Assembly (NCBI GenBank): GCA_038087875.1
Contig: JAXLNO010000224.1
Location: forward strand, 50,179 to 70,178
From: Malacoraja senta
Lineage: Eukaryota
Direction: 5' to 3'
Length of the DNA stretch: 20,000 nucleotides
Under the pieces are notes generated by a model. That model searched no databases. It was not told where the DNA came from and worked only from the letters and a program-made list of their open reading frames with translations. Made by a program: the position numbers and the translations under genes. This document shows, piece by piece, positions 1-11,050 of this stretch (the stretch's first letter is position 1; each line of letters opens with the position of its first letter).

Positions 1-308
1 TCCCAAGCCCGATCCTCCTGCAGCCACGTCTCAGTAATCCTCACAATGTCATATCTACCAACCTCTAACCGAGCCTCAAACTGATCTACATTACTTCTTA
101 TACTTCGAGCATTCATATACAAGACGTTTAATTCCTTACGCGTCTCACCTTTCACATCGATCCCTATTACATTTAGCCATACTCTCCTATCCCTTTGTCA
201 GCTTTCTTTCCCGTTAATTCTGGGGTCATTAACTATCCCTTTACTATCTTTCCCTTCAAATCCGTCCTTGACTATCCCATTTGACACCGCCACCCCCTTT
301 ATTTAGCT
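1..308 (-). mobile_element. CR1-type LINE fragment (start of the ORF2 apurinic endonuclease domain), running off the window edge
   Basis: Reverse complement of 1-123 translates to LYMNARSIRSNVDQFEARLEVGRYDIVRITETWLQEDRAW, matching the 'Y.NARS...ITETWL' motifs of LINE APE domains. The right boundary is approximate. Confidence 0.85.
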
Positions 309-507
309 GTTAAATATCGTGTGGTGAAATCATAATTGTAAGTATTGCTAATGCGATGTTCATACCATGAAGTAATCTTAATGTTCTTGTTTTCGTCTTC
401 CTGATCCCATGGGAAGACTATCTCTAAGATATCAAGCCTTCTCTAGAACGCGCTGTCAGTTGCATTCCAGCATCGAACATTGAGCTTCTCTCTCGCTGCT
501 CCCCAGG

Positions 508-607
508 ATGAAAGTTATATTCACCGATTATCCGTTTTTTCTGCTGCCTTCCCTGGTTCAGGCAGAAATGATTTATTACCCGGTTGTAGCAGTGCTTGGA
601 ATTCTTG
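508..607 (+). CDS. Coding exon 1 of a GPR139/GPR142-like class A GPCR (N-terminus and start of TM1)
   Basis: ATG at 508 gives MKVIFTDYPFFLLPSLVQAEMIYYPVVAVLGIL plus one G, followed by a perfect donor GTAAGT at 608. The phase-1 join to 2644 (G|CT = Ala) restores TM1 'IYYPVVAVLGILANVISIVIL'. Confidence 0.88.
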
Positions 608-2643
608 GTAAGTAATTGGATCTATGTTATTAATCGTCCCGATAAGCTTCTTTTTATACACCATTCTTAGCAGATATGTGGCGTTTAGATTTCCCTGTCG
701 TGCAATCCATTGAAAGACGACTATCGCCGTGTTTCTGACGGCCTGAACTCAGTAATACCTCGTTTCGGTCAGATGAAATGTACATTTTCAACAGCAAATG
801 CTGCAGTTGGTTGAAATGATTTAATGTATTTCATTAATGTTTTTGTTTGAAACTTCCTGCAGTCAATTAAATATTTTGTATTTACTTTATTGGTTCAATT
901 CATCAGCTGGACACCCCTCCTATCCGGTGACACCAGGTGACGTCTCGTCATTTAAAGGTTTAATAGACGTCGCTTCCGATTCGCCTCTGCGCACACATAT
1001 ATCGTGAGCCGTTCGGTTTCAACAAATATTCTGGGTTCAGAGCAAACATGACGCCGGCTGCGGTGCCGTTGGCCAGAATGTCTCCACTGCTTTACACCCA
1101 GGTGAAGGATATTATTCATCAACATTGCAATGCCTGCCATGGGTGGATATCCACTCTTTGCGGGAACAAACATTAGTCTACTCAATGTTTCATTTTCAAC
1201 GCATTGGTCTGTCCTTGCGCGTGAGAAGCAGTTGCCTTCTGTGGCATCTGTGCCAGTAGCAACATCGCTGCCGCAGGGAATCCGTTGCACCGAGTAAACA
1301 GCTGATGGTATGCCCCGTCTCTGCGTGACACTGGTCAGAATCTCAGGTGCGTGTGTGGCGGTCCCGATATCCTCACAATGTGTTTAAGAAGGAACTGCAG
1401 ATGCTGGAAAATCGAAGGTACACAAAATCTCTGTAAACAGCAATAGCGAAAATGAGACATTTATACAATTTATAACTGGCGAGATGTTACTGAAATTCAA
1501 AGCACAAGAGCGGTGAATGTCTGATGAATTGAAACGATAAATTGAAAATAATGATTTTATTGATTTACTGCCGGACGTTCCAGTCAAACAGAAAATGATG
1601 AAAATAATTGCAGTTAACTGCACCGATGCAATTCGTTGCATTAACTGCATTTGTTACTGTTAGAAATGCACATTTCGTGTTAATAAAGGGAAGCGTAAAT
1701 GAGTTAAAGACATACAAATTCACGGCTACATTTTCAGTCATCATTACATCTTATCAGATGGCATTTGATTCATTGTCAAATTACCATTATTTTTATTCAC
1801 GCATCTATTGCGATTACATTCCCCGTCAACACTGGCGACAGTCCTAACAGTGGAAATAAGTAAGTAAGTAAGTTTATTGGTCGAGTATTCACATACAAGG
1901 AATTTGCCTTGGTGCTCCGCCCACAAGTAGCAACATGACATACAGTGACAGTTACGAATGACTCAGAAAACACTAAACATTAATAATAATAAAACATTAA
2001 TGATAAAGGACCATTGATCAAGCATGTGAACCAACAAAATACCAGATCAAAGGGAGGCTACAGATTTTTAGCTGTTAATTAGTGCAACTACTCGTGGATA
2101 AAAACAGTTTTGATGTCTGGCTGTGGCAGCTTTGTCAATCCGGAGTCGCCTTCCAGAGGGACGTGATTCAAAGAGTTTGTGGCCAGAGTGAGAGGGGTCA
2201 GAGGTGATCTTGCCCGCTCGCTTCCTGGCCCTTGCAGTGTATAGTTCATCAATGGAGAGAAGGTTGCAGCCAATAATCTTCTCTGCTGATCGGACGATCG
2301 CTGCAGCCTCCGGATGTCGTGCTTGGTGGCTGGGCCAAACCAGACCATGATGGAGAAGGTGAGAACAGACTCTACGATGGCCGTGTAGAATTGGACCATC
2401 ATTGCCTGTGGCAGATTGTGCTTCCTCAGCTGCCGCAGGAAGTACATCCTCTGTTGTGCCTTTTTGACTACGTTTCTTTCTCGTTGCCCAACCTTTAAAA
2501 ATGTGATGCGGTTGGCGACTCGCCCTGTCATGAATGTCTATGCTCAACTCTAATCTTCATGTGAAATCGCGTGTTACGTCGGGCACCCTGTACCCTACAC
2601 TCCTAATGCACTTTGTTGATTTTTGTTTCTTCCCGTAACACAG
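608..2643 (+). other. Phase-1 GT-AG intron of the GPCR (2036 bp)
   Basis: Donor GTAAGT at 608-613, branch-like CCTAAT at 2602-2607, pyrimidine tract at about 2611-2634, acceptor CAG at 2641-2643. Splicing keeps the reading frame. Confidence 0.85.
1857..2470 (-). mobile_element. 5'-truncated, frameshifted Rex/Babar-like LINE (ORF2 C-terminus, 3' UTR and (CTTA)n tail) inside the GPCR intron
   Basis: Minus-strand peptides KKAQQRMYFLRQLRKHNLPQAMMVQFYTAIVESVLTFSIMVWFG and ARKRAGKITSDPSHSGHKLFESRPSGRR...FYPRVVALIN lie in two frames. The element ends in a stem-loop, AATAAA and CTTA repeats at about 1857-1905. Clade assignment is from motif recognition only. Confidence 0.85.
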
Positions 2644-3575
2644 CTAATGTGATATCGATTGTCATCCTGTCCCGGGGAAAGTGCGGTCTCTCCAAATGTG
2701 TATCACGCTATCTTGTTGCCATGGCTGCAGCGGATCTGTTGGTTGCTGTAATTGACGTATTACTTTATCGTATTAATGATCTATATTTCCCCACAACTTT
2801 TCTCTTCATTACTCAAGTGTGCTCTTTCCACCGGGCCCTTAACCACGCAGTCACAGACATGTCCGTGTGGTTAACACTCTCGTTCACATTTGATCGGTAT
2901 TTGATGATATGTTGTCACAAACTGCGATCCAGATTTTGCACCGAGAAAACAGCAGCCAGGGTTATAGCAACTGTGTGTCCGCTGTTCTGCTGCAAAAACA
3001 TCCCCTGGTACTTTGCATTTGAACCTTATATATCAGTACACAATGTAGCATGGGGCTGTAATACAAAACAAGAATTCTTCATTGAACCTACATGGATATT
3101 ATTCACCTGGATTCACCGATGTTTCAGCCCTGTGCTTCCAATGTTCCTGATATTATTGCTCAACGCTCTAACAGTCTGGCACATTTTAATGGCTAGTCAA
3201 GTCCGCAAGAACCTGAGAGGCGGCAAGAATGCTGCGAATCAGAATGACACCGAGCTGGAAAGCAGAAGAAAGTCAATCATCTTGCTCTTTGCAATTTCGG
3301 GCAACTTCATTATGTTGTGGATGACGTATTTTATAGGTTTCCTCTGGACACAGATAACAAAGCGGTCTTATTTTACCGGTTTCAATGACCCGTTGTTTAT
3401 CGTGGACGAAACCAGCTACATGCTCCTGCTTTTGAGTTGCTGCACAAACACGTGTATTTACGCGGTAACTCAGTCTAAATTCAGGGAGGAACTGAAGAGC
3501 GGGATGAAATATCTGCCGAGAATAATGTTTAAACGATTTAAGGAAGGACAGCAATGTAGAAACTATAGGCAATAA
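2644..3575 (+). CDS. Coding exon 2 of the GPR139/GPR142-like 7TM receptor (end of TM1 to C-terminus); spliced product 343 aa
   Basis: Uninterrupted ORF with TM2 MAAADLLV, TM3 Cys (QVC) and FTFDRY, ICL2 RFCTEKTA, TM4 KNIPWYF, ECL2 Cys (WGC), TM5 PVLP..LILLLNALT, TM6 FIMLWMT, TM7 CTNTCIY and helix 8 SKFREELK. Stop TAA at 3573-3575. Confidence 0.92.
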
Positions 3576-3778
3576 GTTACAGCGGAATTGTATCTCCCGT
3601 TTCATCTAAGCCAGCAATATTATCATTTATATCTGTCCTATCCCAATGCAACATCCAACATATCCTGGAGATTTCTACATTTTGCATTAGTGAACGAGTG
3701 GGCAGATGTAGGCTGGGTTAGATACGGAGGGAACTGATGGTCATGGGCTAAATCGTAATCATGCATGCACACAACTCA

Positions 3779-3784
3779 ATTAAA
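3779..3784 (+). promoter_or_regulatory. Possible polyadenylation signal of the GPCR
   Basis: ATTAAA about 200 nt after the stop codon, followed by GT-rich TTTGTTTGTCTGG. Motif evidence only. Confidence 0.3.
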
Positions 3785-3911
3785 AGCTTTGTTTGTCTGG
3801 GAGATCTATGTGGTCCTGGGAAATAGATTGTAGGATTTTAGAAAACACGAGACCAAGTGGGACTCTTCCCCCAACGTGGGACGTTGAATACCCCAATAGC
3901 TACGTCTATTT

Positions 3912-4382
<471 letters not shown>

Positions 4383-4447
4383 GATTTTGTAATATTGCAC
4401 TGTAAATGAAAAGATCTTTTTTGTTTAAAATAACCTAAGGATTACGT

Positions 4448-4800
4448 AAATAATACCCCAAACACAAACTCAGTTGCTAATGAGCACAGATTAATTGGAT
4501 AAAAATTGGATCTTTCCTGTGGAATTAAAACAATGTGAATGAAAAATATTTTAATTGCAATTGTAAATGAAAATATAGCTGTATATTTGTTAAAAATTCA
4601 ACTCTCCTAAAATAAATCTTAATCAGTGTAATCGCCAGGTCTTTTTTTTAAATCCACTGTGTTTAAATAAACTGTTTTTAAATAAATAAAATAGCCCAAA
4701 CACAATCTCAGTTGTTAATGAACACAGATTAATTGGATGAAAATTGAGCTTTTCCTGTGAATGAAACGTTTTTTTTAATTGCAACTGTAACTGAAAATGT
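4448..4800. repeat. Diverged internal duplication (about 240 bp offset) in the outer Helitron
   Basis: CCCAAACACAAACTCAGTTGCTAATGAGCACAGATTAATTGGAT at about 4457-4500 recurs as CCCAAACACAATCTCAGTTGTTAATGAACACAGATTAATTGGAT at about 4695-4738. Confidence 0.8.
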
Positions 4801-5589
4801 TATGGAAGTGAATCGCGAAGTATGTTTGGAAATGCAACTGTGTTGAAATAAAACATTCGATCGCGAAGCTGTTTAGAGATCGAACTGTATATCTGTTAAA
4901 AAATAATGCAACTCGTAAAATAAATCCTAATGAATGTAATTGCCAAGTATTTTTAAAAATACTACTTTTTAATAAAGGAGCATAGTAAAAGGGCCTTTAA
5001 TTGCGACTGTAAATGAATGCAATAGCGAAGTATTGCAACTGAATCAATGTATTTAAAAAATCCAACTCTTTTTAAATAAATGTGATTCAATGCATGGAAC
5101 TCTTGCAAAATAAATGTTAATCAATTCAATTGCCAAGATTTTCTTCAATAAATGTTAATCAATGAAATCGTGGTCTTTTTTCCAGTCTAACTAATGTGTA
5201 AAATCGTGAAGTAATAATGAAATGCAGAACATCCGTCTTTTTCTAAATTGAAAAGGTTAATCAATGCAATATCGATTTTTTTTCAATGCAACTAATATAA
5301 AATATATAAAAGCTTATCGTGAAAGAGAGCGAAGTCAGCGAAGTCAGAATGTTCTGGAAGAGCGGTTGTTGAGTTGTGCTCCGTTTACGTGGGAGCCGGA
5401 CAAGTAATCGTTTTTTTTTTAATTTAAAAAGGCAACAAGTGTGAAATAAAAAGGAAATGAATGAAATGGCGATTTTTTTAGCAAGCAGCAGTCCCATTAA
5501 AGTGTGAAATCCCGATTAATGAAAAAAATCGGCAATTTCAATCAATGTAAAAGCGGCGATTTTTTTTTTTTTTAAAAGACAATAAATAA

Positions 5590-6088
5590 AGTAAAAAAGT
5601 AAAAAATAAAGTATCCTTTCTTGTCATTCAGACCTTTCGGTCTGAACGAAATGTTGTTGCCTTGCAGTCATAACATAGAATAAAATAACAAAACACACAA
5701 TAAACACAAATTTAACATCCACCACAGTGAGTTCACAAGGCACCTCCTCACTGTGATGGAAGTCAAAAGTCTTAAAGTCTTTGTCTTTTCCCTCCTTGCT
5801 CTCGCTCTGCTGTGAGGCGATCCAGGCTTCCGATGTTCGGACCCGCCGGGTGATGGTAAGTAAGCCCCGCGGCTCAACCGTGCTCCGCGAACGGGCCCGG
5901 TTCAAGCTCCGCGGCCCGGGGTGGTCAAAGCTGCCGCCCTCCAGTCCAGCGGACGAAGCTGGACCTGTGACCTGCGAGCTCTCGACGATGTCGTGCACTG
6001 GCCCGTGGCCGAACCTCCGAAGTCGGGGCGCCGCCGGAACGCCGTCTCAGCCCCGAGTCGGGCCGCCGCCAGAACGCCGCCTCAGCCC
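5590..6088 (-). mobile_element. Non-autonomous retroposon (SINE-like, GC-rich head) inserted in the outer Helitron
   Basis: Abrupt GC-rich block in an AT-rich context. The minus-strand 3' end reads CATTTCG-TTCAGACC-GAAA-GGTCTGAA-TGACAAGAAAG followed by a T-rich repeated tail. Confidence 0.6.
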
Positions 6089-7147
6089 TGAAATGCAATC
6101 GGCAAGTCTTTTTATAAATAAAAGTAACTGGTGTAAAAGAAAAGCCAATCGCAAGCCAAAAGCCAATCGCAAGAAATTGCGATTTTTGTTGTTGCAAGCA
6201 GCAGTCTACGTAAAATGTGAAATCCGGAGATAAATGCAATCGGCTCGTCTTTTTAAATTAAGGCAACTGCTGTAAAATCAAAGCTAATGATTAAAATGAG
6301 GATTTTTTTGCAAGCAGCAGCTTAATTAAAGCGTGAAATTCCGATTTAATAAATGTCAATACATGCATTGGGCAAGTCTTTTTTTTAATAAATATAAAAT
6401 AGTGTAAAAATGGAAAAGCCACCCGCAACCCGTTTAAAACGACGTTAAAATATATTTTTTAATTAAATATAAAAAAGTGTAAACCTGAAAAAGCTACCCG
6501 CGATCCGTTTAATGTCGTAAAATATATAAAAGCTTATCGTTAAAGAGAGCGATGTCGAGGAAGTCAGAATGAAGCAGTCAGCTCTTCGCCTGAGTGTTTT
6601 GGGTGAGGGCTTGGAGAACGTTGCGGAAGTGCGATTGGAAGAATCACCTATGCCGAAGGTTGCAACGTGGAAGAGTGACCAATGCAAGTGTTTGAAAATG
6701 TGGGAAGTGGCGTTGGAGCGCTGGAGTGCCCCCTCCCGGCCGGAGTGGCCCGTCTTGCTATGCGAGCGCTGGAGAGTGCATTGTGACGCCACTCGGTCGG
6801 AAAATGGGTGTGTCTGAGCTGTACATCTATATTACTAAAAGGCTGATCATGACCGCTTTTGGCCCACTGTGGTGCGATTTTCGAGAGAACGCCGCGACCT
6901 TCGGCCGTCATTTTTGGCCACCTTGGTCAGAGACGCACTCCGCCTTCCTGGACAAGAGGATTTCTATCGTCGATGAAAAATGAGTGATATGAATGTTTTT
7001 ATACAATTCCCCATTCTCTCTGCTGCCCCCGCTGGCGGCAGGGGGAGGGACTATAAAACCCGGAAGTGTCGTGGGCACTCAGTCTCTGCCAGGCCCAGGA
7101 AGGCAGAGGGTCACGACTCTCTAAGCTGTGAATAACACTGAATGAAT

Positions 7148-7398
7148 TGGTTGTAAAGTATTTGCAAATTTGTTTCTCTTGGCTGTTAAAAAATGTTTAC
7201 AGGAAACGTATTGGCTGTAAAGTATTTCGAAATTTATTTCTGATGGCTGTTTAAAAAAATGTTTACTGGAAACGTTTTGGTAGTAAAGAGTTTGCAAATT
7301 TATTTCTGTTGGCTGGCTATTAAAAAAAATGTTTATAGGAAACGTTTTGGTTGTAAAGAGTTTGCAAATTTGTTTCTGTTGGCTGTTAAAATGTTTGC
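7148..7398. repeat. Tandem repeat, unit of about 64-70 bp, about 3.7 copies, inside the Helitron
   Basis: The unit TGGTTGTAAAGAGTTTGCAAATTTGTTTCTGTTGGCTGTTAAAAAATGTTTACAGGAAACGTTT starts near 7148, 7212, 7278 and 7348. Confidence 0.9.
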
Positions 7399-7498
7399 AA
7401 CAGTTTCAGATGGATAAAGCATGAATACACATTTTTATTAGATCAGAACTGTGTTTAATTTTTAAATTGGCGCTCATTCTGTGATTTTCGCCTGGTTG

Positions 7499-7563
7499 CA
7501 AGATGGCGTCGATGACGTCATTTCCGGTTAGCGGCTCGACAGCGCCGAGTGCGTCATTTCCGG
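7499..7563. promoter_or_regulatory. Cluster of YY1-like and two ETS/CRE composite motifs
   Basis: CAAGATGGCG at 7499-7508, TGACGTCATTTCCGG at 7513-7527 and TGCGTCATTTCCGG at 7550-7563. Motif match only. Confidence 0.4.
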
Positions 7564-7715
7564 TTCGTGGCAAGAAAGCGCTGACTGCAGAATACACAGA
7601 GTGCAGGCGCTGCTGAATAATACAAGAGAGCTTTACTGCTCTGTCTATGATAAGTGTGTTTGTTGGACGTTATTTAAAGCATGTTTTTGTTTCATAAGCA
7701 GCCTCTGCAGGAGGC

Positions 7716-7717
<2 letters not shown>

Positions 7718-7791
<74 letters not shown>

Positions 7792-7799
7792 CGTGTGTG

Positions 7800-7843
<44 letters not shown>

Positions 7844-7879
7844 TGTGTGTGTGTACGTGCGTGCGTGCGTGTGTGTGTG
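7718..7879. repeat. (TG)n/(TGCG)n compound microsatellite, left flank of the DIRS insertion
   Basis: Directly visible in the sequence. Confidence 0.97.
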
Positions 7880-8086
7880 ACGATAAGTTACCAGTTTGAA
7901 GTCTGATCTTTATTTTGTGAGGAGTTACGATGAGGGACTACGTGGAGAAGAGCCCGCCCAGCCGCACATGCGTCAATCTTCAAAGCAGCGGAGTGAAATC
8001 ACAGACAACAATAACTGAAGTATGATAGTAGGATACGTAAAGACTAGAACTACCAGCTCGATCGTTATGAGGGTGGGAGCGGGGGG

Positions 8087-8199
8087 CACGTAGTCCCTCA
8101 GTGTAACTCCTCATAAAATATAGATCAAACTTCAAACTGGTAAGTTCTCGTTTAATCTTACTATTTTACCTCGGAGTCACGTGAGTGACTACGTGAAGA
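8087..8199. repeat. DIRS internal complementary region (ICR)
   Basis: 8087-8151 is a near reverse complement of 7880-7944, and 8160-8199 is a near reverse complement of 12696-12735. The two halves are joined by TTAATCTT. Confidence 0.92.
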
Positions 8200-8379
8200 T
8201 TTCAAAGCTGTGATTTCACGCCGTAGATTCAAATCCAGGCGTCTCACTGCATTTATTGACTCTAAATAATTAAAGCAATCAACAATGCATAACCACAACA
8301 TGAATGCAACCAGTTAATGGTTAATTTATCACCACAATAGTAACCCCTTTATCACAAGACGAATACTTAATACTAAATC

Positions 8380-9330
8380 CAAAATAGCACCACCAAATAA
8401 CCACAGGTACTATAATCTCCTTATGGTAATACTTGTGAAACATTCTTTCACTTTGGCCTACGGCCGCGAGGATATGTTCTATTGGAACATTCAATTCCTT
8501 GGCCGCCAATGTTGCTGGTGCCCTGGTGGAATGAAATTTAAATTTGTCAGTATCAATACTTGCATCAAGCAACACATGCTTCAGCCATTTTTAAATAGTC
8601 TGAACCGACATTTTCTTATGCAGCTATTTATGGCTAATAAAAATGCTGATACTGCACCTCTTAAGGTTCTGATGGCTCCAATCTAACATTATAAATGTGA
8701 TACTACACATAGACGTGGATCCGTAGGATATGCTGAAAACCCCAACTTACATCCTGTGATTCCAGGTCTACTGTGCTTAATCAAATCATAGACATAGAAC
8801 ATAATAGTATATTTTGCTATTTCCATCATGTCTATTCGTAGATTCTGCAATGTTTGCACTCTCTGTGCTGAAACCAGTGCCCTGAGCATGACTACCTTAA
8901 TGGTAATTTAGGCCAAGGACAGCACTGCAATAGGAGTCCATTAACGAACAAGCATAACACATCTCTTACATTCCAGGTTTCTGAATATCTGTGTCTAGGA
9001 GGCTAATAATTGAAAATTCCCTTCATAAATCTACAACCCAAAGGGTGTAACCATACAAGATTGTATTCTGATTCCTCCATAGATATGCAGAAAAGGCTCT
9101 CCTTGCAGTATTCATAGCCTTATAGCTTAACTGTCCAATAAAAAATAAAGAGTTAACAGTAACTCTAACACGTCTGAGATGTCTGTGGTGTGATATGTAA
9201 TATTCTGCCTGAAGCAAAACATATCCCATTTCCCAATGTAAGAAATGTACTGCTTCTGGGTTCTCTCCCTCCAGCTTGCAATAATATCCACAGTACGATC
9301 TGATAGTCCTCTTCCGATATATGGCACACC
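8380..9330 (-). pseudogene. DIRS tyrosine recombinase, frameshifted
   Basis: Fragments GLSDRTVDIIASWRERTQKQYISYIGKW (SAM-like N-domain), ALVSAQRVQTL (catalytic Arg), YPTDPRLCVV and FKFHSTRA...VPIEHILAAVG..SERMFHKYY (HxxR and catalytic Tyr region) lie in different frames. Confidence 0.9.
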
Positions 9331-9399
9331 TTAGAATCTGCAAATTAACAAACCAATACGATTATGTTAAGGATGTGAATCATCAGTTATAGTGCACAA

Positions 9400-11050
9400 A
9401 CAGGTTAATTCTGTTTGGGAGAATCATAAGAGGCTCTGTGATCATATTTAACACCAGAGGGTACCATGGTTTTGTAGGTCCAATCTGGTACCACCAATAC
9501 TCCCGAAGCGGAGTCCTGTTTGATCTTCTGTATATACTAACTAAATGAGGCAAAATGGAGAAAATGTATACAAACATTCTACCCCAATGCAGCGAGAAAC
9601 ATCCACCGCTACTGCCCCAGAATCAGGTTCCCATGATAACATACTTAGGTAATTGGTGGTCAAGTCTGGATGCATACAAGTCACCAACCGTGCAACACTA
9701 TTATTAAATTTGTCACGATCCAACGTCCATTCTGTATTATCATTGAATGTCCATGGCCTTGAGTCTGCAACTATTTTGAATCTACCTGGTAGGTAGATTG
9801 CCAAACCAAATATTTCTGGTAAAAACACCAGGTCCAAATCACGTTCGCCAGCCTATCACAAGATTCTGACTTCACACCACTCAATGATTAACATACGTTT
9901 CTAATCCGTAGTGTCAATCTTTACCTAAGCATGCAAACTTTGCATATTAGTGCTCTCATTAACTCTCATTAATGATCGCATGTTATTGGATCAAAGGTAC
10001 TTTCTCCACATTCCATCTACTCCACAGCTGGAAATACTTATAAATATGACCCCAACCTAGAGCACTAAAATTAGTCTGTTGCATAATGGAAAGTGTTTCA
10101 AGCAGGATCTCTCTGGAGGCATTTGAGACACTCATGATCCATCATAGTGTTCCAGTAATAACTTGAACTGGCAAATACATGGTCCTGCAAAATGCCCTAA
10201 ATGTATTCTCCATGCCTCCATCCATGCTTACTGCAAATGCTGATAATGCAGCGGTATAAATTGTACAGCTGAAAATAAGCAATAGTTTATAAGCAGGCTT
10301 GCTACCTGCCTAATTGAGGGTTGGTGCTCTGTAATGAGCTTAATACAACTTCCAATTAAATACAGCCTTTATCCTTGGGCGGAATCAAATTATTAAATGT
10401 TCTCATTTAATAATGGAACCCAAATAAGCAATAACTGTGTTCGGTAATTGTTTATATTTATCTGGATGGTAATAAATCTCCAAAGTGATCTTGATTCTTG
10501 ATACTCGTGGTTCTGTTGCATCCTACAATCAAAATATATTAAAATAGGCCAATACCAAATGGCCCTGAATTCTTAGTAATGCTAGGATTGGTTCCAACAA
10601 CCTGGCAAATGGTCTCAGAGCTGAGGCTAAACCTTAATACAATGCTTTAACTTGCAATAATTGATCATCCAGATAAATTAAAAAATATCTATGATTATTT
10701 ACCATATACAGCCACACAGTAAAATGCATTTTAAGATGTATGCTTAGCCATATAGCATTTTCTTCAAATTGGCTGCATAGTATTGGTAAATGTTCCAAAA
10801 CTGTTTATTATACTGTACAAAAAAGGGTTAAACTTGTCAGATCTAGAATAATTCAACACCCACCATCCTTATTTGCTCTCATAACACACTTGGCATAAAT
10901 TGATGGTGATGGTGAACTGACTTCTTAATCATCCCTTTTCACAATATTTCATGTTCTGTCTGAATCTACCTATTCTCTTATTTTGAGAAAATATGTGTCC
11001 GGTTTCAAATACCTTAGTAGCATAAACCAAAATATGGATAGAATTTAATT
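9400..11050 (-). pseudogene. DIRS pol: reverse transcriptase, RNase H and adenine-methyltransferase-like domain, heavily decayed
   Basis: Minus-strand DGGC*IILDLTSL (about 10830-10868), KALY*GLASALRPFARLLEPILALLRIQGHLVLAYF with the YxDD motif destroyed (about 10530-10660), YLPGRFKIVADS (RNase H end), then EWTLD...SWEPDSGAVAVD...LYTFSPFCLI and PTKPWYP (MT-like). Boundaries are approximate. Confidence 0.85.

Noticed and set aside
952..1941. Short ORFs in the GPCR intron
   Set aside because: They have no recognisable motifs, mostly non-ATG starts, and lengths expected by chance.
2613..2643. ORF-track start of the 320-aa GPCR ORF (TTG at 2613)
   Set aside because: It lies in the intron's pyrimidine tract. 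The true N-terminus comes from the exon at 508-607.
5624..6239. Overlapping 100-150 aa ORFs, and similar ORFs at 19055-19634
   Set aside because: They arise from GC-rich non-coding repeats with few stop codons and show no recognisable domain.
7021..7038. CTCF-like motif (reverse complement CCAGCGGGGGCAGCA)
   Set aside because: It needs a one-base gap in the core to fit the consensus.
7148..7398. Regularly spaced repeats (also 11904-12300) as a possible CRISPR-like array
   Set aside because: Whole units are homologous with no unique spacers, the context is eukaryotic and there are no cas genes.
8321..9343. Phage integrase or bacterial contamination
   Set aside because: The tyrosine recombinase lies within DIRS ITR/ICR architecture next to RT and RNase H relics.
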